This document shows positions 56,823-64,000 of a stretch of 64,000 nucleotides of DNA, piece by piece. Origin of the DNA: Eledone cirrhosa (lineage: Eukaryota); the NCBI GenBank assembly GCA_964016885.1, contig OZ024747.1:62744001-62808000 (forward strand), given 5' to 3'. The first letter of the stretch is position 1. The number at the start of each line of letters is the position of its first letter. The position numbers and the translations under genes are program-made. Under the pieces are notes generated by a model. It did not search any database. It was not told the origin of the DNA and saw only the letters and a list, made by a program, of their open reading frames with translations.

Positions 56823-59800
56823 CTACAGGCGCATGATCAGAGTAGGCCCACTCACGCGGGCCATTCTCGCCACATTCACCCACCTTTCAGTAAATGTACT
56901 GGGGGGCAGCACTTCTCTCTCCACCCTCACCTTCCTTTCCAAGTGAAACTTGAAGAAGTTGATGAGGGATTGGCCGAAGAGAAAAGTGTCTGTCTTCAGT
57001 CCTTTCAACCTGGTCCACCATGCAACCTCTTTCGCTACTGCCACCAGGCAGAGGAAAATTGCCTGCCCTTCCTGACCAAAAGAAGGCGGCGGGTCAATCT
57101 TCACTATGGACTCGGACGATAGCCGGATCCGTTCTACACGCGACAATAGCTGTTCGACATAACCCCACAAGTCAGCAATGCACGGACACTGGACGAGTGC
57201 GTGCAGAACGGTTTCGTCGCTCTGCGCGCATCTCGGGCAGGTTCGTCTGACAGCACTTCCGTGCCTGTAGAGTTTATCCCGAACCGGCAGCGCCCCCCGG
57301 TAGCACTGCCAAGCGAGGGATTTCTGGAAGTTATCCATCGTCCCCGGCTCGAAAGTCCTCCGGAACATACTGGTCAGTTCTACTTCGTTGACGCCCAGAG
57401 CCTCTCCTAGTACGTCATCGCACTTGCCCTCCACTAATCCTCTATAGAAATCTTGAGTGGAAGTTCCACTGACCGCATTGCCCACCTTGCAGAGTGCAGT
57501 GAGCGCCTGGCAACATTCCAGATGCCAGTCGCCCAGTCTCGGTCTCTTCTTGACCCAGGACTGCAGCTCAGTCAAAGAGATGAGCTGCGGAAAGGCCCGT
57601 CTAACAAACGGCGACCACACCTGTTCACCGTTTAGGCAAAATATCTGGAGATGTCGCAGCCTCAGCGCATGTCTGCGCATCATTAGCCACGGCATGCCCA
57701 GCCCTCCACGAAGAGGGTGCTGGCAGCAGATGGACCGCCTCACCAACGGGACCCGTCCCCTCCACAAAAATTTGAAAAGGAGCCGTTCCAAATTGGCGAG
57801 GCGTGGACGGGGGCAAGGCACGACGGTCAGGCGGTAGTAGATGACGGACGCGATGTACGCGTTCGCCACCTCCGCCCGCCCTTTCAGTGATAGCTTTCTC
57901 TCAGCCCATTTCTGGGTGAGGTTGGCTATCCTGCTCGTCACCTCGTCCCAATTCTTATCCACCTGGAGGTCTGGTCCGAACCAAACCCCGAGCAACTTTA
58001 CCGGTCCGTCTGTCCAGCGCCCAACGACGCTGTTGGACGGCATGGACTTGCCTCTCCAGGTGCCGAGCTGCAAGCCCACCGACTTTTCCGGGTTAAGTTT
58101 TGCTCCCGTCAACCTTTCATATTCCTCCAAATGGGTGCGGATCACCTCGATTTCCGAGGTGTCCGACACCATCACGGTGATGTCGTCCGCATAAGCGGAC
58201 GCAGCCTTTCTACGTCCCGGTTCGAGCGGGATGCCCTGCAACAACTCCAGCTTCCGCAGTAGAGGCTTAAGAGTCAATACGTACAGAAGTGAGGAGAGAG
58301 GGCACCCTTGACGGACCGATCGAGAGATCTGAAACGGTTCCGAGAGGTGGCCATTAACTTTGACCACCGAGCGGATGCCGCTGTACATTGCAGCGATCCA
58401 GCTTCTGAAGACGGGGCCGAAGCCAGCCGCCTCGAGGACAGCCTCCAAGTACCGATGGTCGACCCTATCGAATGCTTTCGATTGATCTAAATTGATCAGA
58501 GCCCCACCGAAGCCAGGTTTGCACCCAACCCTCTCTATGATGTATCGCATGAGGTGGAGGTTGTCGTGTATGGACCTGGTCGGGATTGCGCAAGTTTGCG
58601 CCTCCCCAACCAAATCTTTGACGACAAGCGCCAACCTTTTCGCTAACACCTTGGCCAAAATCTTAAACTCTGTGTTGAGCAGGGTTATGGGCCTGAAATT
58701 ATCTAGTGTGTCCCTCTTGTTCTCGTCTTTCCTTATCAGCGTCACTACGCCACGGCTCACAGAACTGGGAATGCTCCCGTTCTGCTGCCAGTTGCAGTAG
58801 AGCGCTTCGAGGAGATCGGAGAACAAGTCTGGCATATTTACGTAAAGCTCGTAGGGCAGACCATCCAAACCGGGTGACTTGCGACTCGAGCAGCCGACAA
58901 GGGCGTCCTGAATTTCGGCTGATGTTATCGGCTCTTCGCAGCGCTCAGCGTCGGCCGTCGAGAGGCGTGGCAAGCCGTCGAGGTAGGGACTGAAGTCCGC
59001 CGCCGTCTCCGACTCACCCATCCTCCCGAACAATCGAGCAAAGTGCTGGCGAAAGGCCTCACACATCTGCTTGGAATCGCTCAGTTCGTGTCCATCTCGA
59101 TCCGTCAAAGACCGAATTGTGGTTTTATTTCCACGCTGCGTCTCTGCAAAGCGAGCCCATCGGGCAGCTTTGGTTCCCTCGTTCCTCAGAGCACGCGCCT
59201 TAGCTCTGACAATGCAACCTTCGTGTTTCGCATTGAAGAAATGGTCTAGTGCCATTCTCGCCGCTAGCACGTCTGTTGCAATGCCACTACAAATAGCCTC
59301 GTCTAACTTAGCTATCAGCCCCTCCTCCTTTCTATTTTTCTCTATTGCTACTTCTTTGCTAAATCCTATCGAGGTTGCTCTAATCTCTCTTTTGAGTGCC
59401 CCCCACCACCTGTTGTTGACAACCCCCCCTGTCAACTTTTGCTTAACTAAGTTGTTGACCCGGTCCCTGTAAGCTTTACGTGCCGGAAACGACATGTTTA
59501 GCTTCCAGTAGCTAGGTCCTAACCTACGTGTCTTATCTAGGTCGACCATACAGATCACAAGCTTGTGATCTGAATAGGCAACCGTTTTAAAATGTGGACA
59601 TCCTACACTATTTCTATCTCTTTTCCTAATGAAAATCCTATCTATGTACGATCTAGATGACCCTATGCGATTGGTCCAGGTCCATACTGGCGCATTAGGG
59701 AAATCTAGTCGGTACCTGTCAGACAGTTGAAACTGGCTGATCAGGTACTTGAGGCTTTTGCACCCCCCGCTCCTATCAGATACTCCCACACAATCCCAGC

Positions 59801-60242
59801 GTGCTTCTAAGATGCCATTCCAATCCCCTATTAACAGTAAAGGGCGAGACGTAAGCAGAAAGTTTTCCAGGCGCCTAAAGAAGTCCGGCCGACCGGCCCC
59901 AGTAGGGGCGTAGACGGCCACCAGTCTAAAGGCACCACCTTCGCTATTGCTCACGTCCAGGACCACCAACTTTCCGTCAGGATCCCGGAAGATTGACCTT
60001 ACCTCGAGATCCAGACATTTCCTAAACAGCACAGCCACTCCACCTCCCATTCCCGGCCGACTAACAGATGCAAAGATCTGATAATCGTCGAAAATCGGCG
60101 CCAGTGCGCGTGTGTCGGAAATTCTGGTCTCGCTGATGGCAATTACATCCATTCCTAGTGACCTGAGGTCGTTGAGCAAGTGACCTTGCTTCCAGGGCGA
60201 CCCCAGGCCACGAACATTTAAACTTCCTACTCTTATGGCCAT
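56823..60242 (-). CDS. L1/Tx1 ORF2: APE endonuclease, reverse transcriptase and C-terminal zinc finger (1139 aa)
   Basis: SLNVRGL, SETR, VYAP, GDWN, YIDRIF, SDH (APE); SPGLDG, NFRPITLLN, DQSKAFDRV, RQGCPLS, YADD (RT); CPRC-x7-HALVQC. Confidence 0.97.
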   Translation of the reverse strand: MAIRVGSLNVRGLGSPWKQGHLLNDLRSLGMDVIAISETRISDTRALAPIFDDYQIFASVSRPGMGGGVAVLFRKCLDLEVRSIFRDPDGKLVVLDVSNSEGGAFRLVAVYAPTGAGRPDFFRRLENFLLTSRPLLLIGDWNGILEARWDCVGVSDRSGGCKSLKYLISQFQLSDRYRLDFPNAPVWTWTNRIGSSRSYIDRIFIRKRDRNSVGCPHFKTVAYSDHKLVICMVDLDKTRRLGPSYWKLNMSFPARKAYRDRVNNLVKQKLTGGVVNNRWWGALKREIRATSIGFSKEVAIEKNRKEEGLIAKLDEAICSGIATDVLAARMALDHFFNAKHEGCIVRAKARALRNEGTKAARWARFAETQRGNKTTIRSLTDRDGHELSDSKQMCEAFRQHFARLFGRMGESETAADFSPYLDGLPRLSTADAERCEEPITSAEIQDALVGCSSRKSPGLDGLPYELYVNMPDLFSDLLEALYCNWQQNGSIPSSVSRGVVTLIRKDENKRDTLDNFRPITLLNTEFKILAKVLAKRLALVVKDLVGEAQTCAIPTRSIHDNLHLMRYIIERVGCKPGFGGALINLDQSKAFDRVDHRYLEAVLEAAGFGPVFRSWIAAMYSGIRSVVKVNGHLSEPFQISRSVRQGCPLSSLLYVLTLKPLLRKLELLQGIPLEPGRRKAASAYADDITVMVSDTSEIEVIRTHLEEYERLTGAKLNPEKSVGLQLGTWRGKSMPSNSVVGRWTDGPVKLLGVWFGPDLQVDKNWDEVTSRIANLTQKWAERKLSLKGRAEVANAYIASVIYYRLTVVPCPRPRLANLERLLFKFLWRGRVPLVRRSICCQHPLRGGLGMPWLMMRRHALRLRHLQIFCLNGEQVWSPFVRRAFPQLISLTELQSWVKKRPRLGDWHLECCQALTALCKVGNAVSGTSTQDFYRGLVEGKCDDVLGEALGVNEVELTSMFRRTFEPGTMDNFQKSLAWQCYRGALPVRDKLYRHGSAVRRTCPRCAQSDETVLHALVQCPCIADLWGYVEQLLSRVERIRLSSESIVKIDPPPSFGQEGQAIFLCLVAVAKEVAWWTRLKGLKTDTFLFGQSLINFFKFHLERKVRVEREVLPPSTFTERWVNVARMARVSGPTLIMRL

Positions 60243-60271
60243 GCTGGCAGGATGAATGGGAGAGGAAAGGT

Positions 60272-62134
60272 TTACTTACCTTCCGGGGTCTTGTGAAGGT
60301 CGGGTGGTTCGACCTCCATGGTTTGTGGGGTTTCTTTTGGGAACCCCTTTAATAGTCTTGACGTGGGTTTTACGTTCGGGGTTCCCACATCCCGAGGAAA
60401 GCTCTTTCGAATTTCTTTGTATGAAGCGAGCGACATTCGCATCAGAAGCAAATTATCTGGTACGCGAAATGTGCTCGCTTCAAATGTTTCCCCGTCTTTT
60501 TCGATGTTTGTGCTTCGTGCTACATGGGCCATCAATTCCTTGTTGGCCCTTCTGGCAAGCACGAAGTTTTTAATGTTTTGTTGCTCGGGTTTTATTTGTT
60601 CGTGTGATTGTGGTGGTGATAGCTTTGTTAGTGTTGTTTCTATTGTGTCTGCGTTTGTTGTGGGTGGGGTGTCTGTAGTTTCTGATGTTTGTGTGTCTAT
60701 TTGTTCTTGTGTCTGTTTAGCTTGTTTGCGTTTGGGGGATTTTGGTGGTTGTGTTGGTGATGCTGTGGGGAAAATGTTTGTGTGGGTGGTGTGTGTATTT
60801 TTTTTTGTGGGGGTGTTTGTGCTTTGTGGATTTCTTTTTTTTTTGTGTTTTGTTTTTTGTATTTTGGGGGACTTTGGTTTTCCCTCATCTTCACTGCTGG
60901 AGGATGAGGGGTCTGTGGCTGTGAGCGTGTTTGTGTCTGAGTGAGTGTTTATGTTCTTGTTCGTGTGTGTATTTTGGGGGGGAGGGGGAATGGGAGAGCT
61001 TTCCTCGTTTCCCCCCTGGGTGTGCAATTTTGGTGGTTCCATTGTTGACGGTGTTGCTGGTGGTCCTTGTCCCGGCGTCGCCAGCAGTGGAATCTTTCGA
61101 CCCCTTGCGCTTTTCGGCAGTTGAGGGCAGAAGGCTCGCAAGTGTGTCGTTTCCCCACAAAGGAAACAATGCGGCCTTTTGCCCTCAGTCATTATATGCA
61201 ACACCCTCCCGTTTTGGAGGCGGATGTGGTCCGGGATTGTTTTTACGTTTTCGGGTCTGATTTGGAGCAGTATCTCCAGATCAACCCCGGACCAGTCGTC
61301 CCTGGCAGTTCTCGTTGCCTCTACCGGGACTGTATCCGTTCCTTCCACGATTACGCAACCCAGGAGCCACCACATATCAAGTCCTGGTGGAATCCTGGGA
61401 ATGCGCACACGTGCTATTCGTTTTCCCATGTGGGAGGGGTACATTATGACCTTGCTGGTTTTGCAAGGGGTCATTGAATGCTTCACAGCGAGGGCTTCAG
61501 ACTTGAACAGCACCGAAACGGTGCCGTATTGCCTGCCCCTCTCTATGAAGTCTGTGTCCTCTCTGATGTGTTTCAGTGCGGCTTCTATGTCAGCTTGGGC
61601 GATTATCGCTGCCCTCTTTGTCTCTACTGAGATGCATCTGAAATGCACCGTTCTTTTTTCCACTGCCTCAATGGCTTCTGCCGGGACAGTTAAGTTTGCC
61701 CAGGTCTGCTCTTGATTTATGATTTTCCAGGCCTGGGCCAACTTTTCCTCTCTGTTGGTTAAGTCGATGCTGTAGCATGGTCTCCTTTTAGCCGCTGCCA
61801 CAGCAGCGAAAGTGTTCTTGTTGGTGTTGTCACTGTTGTTGTTCTTGTTGGTGTTGCTGCTGCTATTGCTGTTGTTGTTCTCCCCTGTGTCGTGGTTACC
61901 TTCTGTGCTGTTGGCCTTGTTGGTGCTCTCGCTATTACCACCTTCTGCGCTGTTCGGCTTGTTGGTGTTGGTGTTGTCGCTGTTACCACCTTCCGCGCCG
62001 CTCGGCCCGTTGGTGCTGGCACTGTCGCTGCTCACATTCGTGCTGGTGGCGCTCCTCGCCTCACCTCTCCTCTCAACGCTCAAGTCGCCGTTGCACGACA
62101 GCAGACCCGCCTCTAGGGGGCGTGGCTCCGCCAT
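60272..62134 (-). CDS. L1/Tx1 ORF1: gag-like nucleic-acid-binding protein (620 aa)
   Basis: Open 620-aa frame upstream of ORF2; CCHC knuckle CFLCGETTHLRAFC; probable RRM-like central region; low-complexity N- and T/K/P-rich linkers. Confidence 0.9.
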   Translation of the reverse strand: MAEPRPLEAGLLSCNGDLSVERRGEARSATSTNVSSDSASTNGPSGAEGGNSDNTNTNKPNSAEGGNSESTNKANSTEGNHDTGENNNSNSSSNTNKNNNSDNTNKNTFAAVAAAKRRPCYSIDLTNREEKLAQAWKIINQEQTWANLTVPAEAIEAVEKRTVHFRCISVETKRAAIIAQADIEAALKHIREDTDFIERGRQYGTVSVLFKSEALAVKHSMTPCKTSKVIMYPSHMGKRIARVRIPRIPPGLDMWWLLGCVIVEGTDTVPVEATRTARDDWSGVDLEILLQIRPENVKTIPDHIRLQNGRVLHIMTEGKRPHCFLCGETTHLRAFCPQLPKSARGRKIPLLATPGQGPPATPSTMEPPKLHTQGGNEESSPIPPPPQNTHTNKNINTHSDTNTLTATDPSSSSSEDEGKPKSPKIQKTKHKKKRNPQSTNTPTKKNTHTTHTNIFPTASPTQPPKSPKRKQAKQTQEQIDTQTSETTDTPPTTNADTIETTLTKLSPPQSHEQIKPEQQNIKNFVLARRANKELMAHVARSTNIEKDGETFEASTFRVPDNLLLMRMSLASYKEIRKSFPRDVGTPNVKPTSRLLKGFPKETPQTMEVEPPDLHKTPEGK

Positions 62135-62343
62135 GTTTTTTTGAGAAAAAAATTATTATTTTTTTCAAAATAAAGTTCAAATATTTGGGCCAAAAGGCCC
62201 AAATATTATGAGTTATTCCTTCACAGGATACAAATTAATGTCTTATAATGCTTCAGCGGTACAAAAAATAAACAATTCTCTACAATTAATCCTCAAAAAT
62301 TGCTTACTCACGGAGCTTCAAAAAACGTACATCCACTTTCGTC

Positions 62344-64000
62344 AATAATAATAATAATAATGATTTCATTTATTGGCCACAAGGGCCGACATATAGGGGA
62401 CAACACAATAGACAGGGACAGTGGGGGTTTACATAGAGATCGAGTAAGTATAAATAACAAAAAAACAAAATAACAATAAAAATACAACAATGAAAGTTCC
62501 CCAATAAGAGGGATCACCACCCAGGGTTGACTCAAGCACCCCACCAGTCCTGAGCCACCCGACGCTCCTAGGGCACCCGGGAAGGGCACCCCTCTCCTTC
62601 TCGAATTCACCAGCCTACAGGCGCATGATCAGAGTAGGCCCACTCACGCGGGCCATTCTCGCCACATTCACCCACCTTTCAGTAAATGTACTGGGGGGCA
62701 GCACTTCTCTCTCCACCCTCACCTTCCTTTCCAAGTGAAACTTGAAGAAGTTGATGAGGGATTGGCCGAAGAGAAAAGTGTCTGTCTTCAGTCCTTTCAA
62801 CCTGGTCCACCATGCAACCTCTTTCGCTACTGCCACCAGGCAGAGGAAAATTGCCTGCCCTTCCTGACCAAAAGAAGGCGGCGGGTCAATCTTCACTATG
62901 GACTCGGACGATAGCCGGATCCGTTCTACACGCGACAATAGCTGTTCGACATAACCCCACAAGTCAGCAATGCACGGACACTGGACGAGTGCGTGCAGAA
63001 CGGTTTCGTCGCTCTGCGCGCATCTCGGGCAGGTTCGTCTGACAGCACTTCCGTGCCTGTAGAGTTTATCCCGAACCGGCAGCGCCCCCCGGTAGCACTG
63101 CCAAGCGAGGGATTTCTGGAAGTTATCCATCGTCCCCGGCTCGAAAGTCCTCCGGAACATACTGGTCAGTTCTACTTCGTTGACGCCCAGAGCCTCTCCT
63201 AGTACGTCATCGCACTTGCCCTCCACTAATCCTCTATAGAAATCTTGAGTGGAAGTTCCACTGACCGCATTGCCCACCTTGCAGAGTGCAGTGAGCGCCT
63301 GGCAACATTCCAGATGCCAGTCGCCCAGTCTCGGTCTCTTCTTGACCCAGGACTGCAGCTCAGTCAAAGAGATGAGCTGCGGAAAGGCCCGTCTAACAAA
63401 CGGCGACCACACCTGTTCACCGTTTAGGCAAAATATCTGGAGATGTCGCAGCCTCAGCGCATGTCTGCGCATCATTAGCCACGGCATGCCCAGCCCTCCA
63501 CGAAGAGGGTGCTGGCAGCAGATGGACCGCCTCACCAACGGGACCCGTCCCCTCCACAAAAATTTGAAAAGGAGCCGTTCCAAATTGGCGAGGCGTGGAC
63601 GGGGGCAAGGCACGACGGTCAGGCGGTAGTAGATGACGGACGCGATGTACGCGTTCGCCACCTCCGCCCGCCCTTTCAGTGATAGCTTTCTCTCAGCCCA
63701 TTTCTGGGTGAGGTTGGCTATCCTGCTCGTCACCTCGTCCCAATTCTTATCCACCTGGAGGTCTGGTCCGAACCAAACCCCGAGCAACTTTACCGGTCCG
63801 TCTGTCCAGCGCCCAACGACGCTGTTGGACGGCATGGACTTGCCTCTCCAGGTGCCGAGCTGCAAGCCCACCGACTTTTCCGGGTTAAGTTTTGCTCCCG
63901 TCAACCTTTCATATTCCTCCAAATGGGTGCGGATCACCTCGATTTCCGAGGTGTCCGACACCATCACGGTGATGTCGTCCGCATAAGCGGACGCAGCCTT
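62344..64000 (-). mobile_element. L1/Tx1 copy 2 (3' part; continues beyond window), head-to-tail with copy 1
   Basis: Matches 56551-58208 except for a 1-bp A-run difference in the 3'UTR seen by eye. Confidence 0.95.
62615..64000 (-). CDS. L1/Tx1 ORF2 C-terminal part, copy 2 (partial)
   Basis: Protein identical to the last 450 aa of 56823-60242; includes YADD just inside the window edge. Confidence 0.93.
   Translation of the reverse strand, partial: KAASAYADDITVMVSDTSEIEVIRTHLEEYERLTGAKLNPEKSVGLQLGTWRGKSMPSNSVVGRWTDGPVKLLGVWFGPDLQVDKNWDEVTSRIANLTQKWAERKLSLKGRAEVANAYIASVIYYRLTVVPCPRPRLANLERLLFKFLWRGRVPLVRRSICCQHPLRGGLGMPWLMMRRHALRLRHLQIFCLNGEQVWSPFVRRAFPQLISLTELQSWVKKRPRLGDWHLECCQALTALCKVGNAVSGTSTQDFYRGLVEGKCDDVLGEALGVNEVELTSMFRRTFEPGTMDNFQKSLAWQCYRGALPVRDKLYRHGSAVRRTCPRCAQSDETVLHALVQCPCIADLWGYVEQLLSRVERIRLSSESIVKIDPPPSFGQEGQAIFLCLVAVAKEVAWWTRLKGLKTDTFLFGQSLINFFKFHLERKVRVEREVLPPSTFTERWVNVARMARVSGPTLIMRL

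Larger units (their letters stand above)
56551..62343 (-). mobile_element. Full-length L1/Tx1-type non-LTR retrotransposon (copy 1), 5793 bp, (ATT)n tail
   Basis: 5'UTR 62343-62135, ORF1, 29-bp spacer, ORF2, ~250-bp 3'UTR, (ATT)6 tail at 56551-56568. Confidence 0.95.

Noticed and set aside
60244-60279. 36-nt intron fusing ORF1 to ORF2
   Set aside because: Splicing would put ORF2 out of frame, and the intron is unusually short
57020-63986. Short ORFs antisense to or overlapping the Tx1 ORFs
   Set aside because: Shadow frames of GC-rich coding sequence with no recognisable motifs

Overview
Repeat-dominated eukaryotic (animal) genomic DNA. The SINE families and extreme (TA)n/(CA)n content resemble octopod cephalopod genomes (recognition from memory, not verified). 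No host protein-coding gene is clearly supported. From left to right: (1) a 5'-truncated, frameshifted R4/Dong-clade non-LTR retrotransposon (RT + CCHC + restriction-like endonuclease) in an (AAT)n tract (870-3209); (2) Penelope-like element (PLE) remnants with inverted duplications and an RTE 3' fragment; (3) a ~15.4 kb 21-bp minisatellite reading PVTTNT(T/V) on the + strand, ending at a 200-N gap, then ~4 kb of (TA)-type simple sequence; (4) many tRNA-derived SINEs; (5) a full-length two-ORF L1/Tx1-type retrotransposon with both ORFs open on the - strand (56551-62343), directly abutted head-to-tail by a near-identical second copy. The most interesting unannotated signal is about ten hammerhead-ribozyme (HHR) motifs from several repeat families inserted in (TA)n. 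They include a compensatory U3-A8 core variant in a 294-bp retrozyme-like unit, a canonical HHR in both arms of a 0.5-kb inverted repeat, and an HHR candidate with atypical strand order. Splice signals in the Tx1 element could produce an ORF2-only mRNA. All RNA structures were folded by eye.
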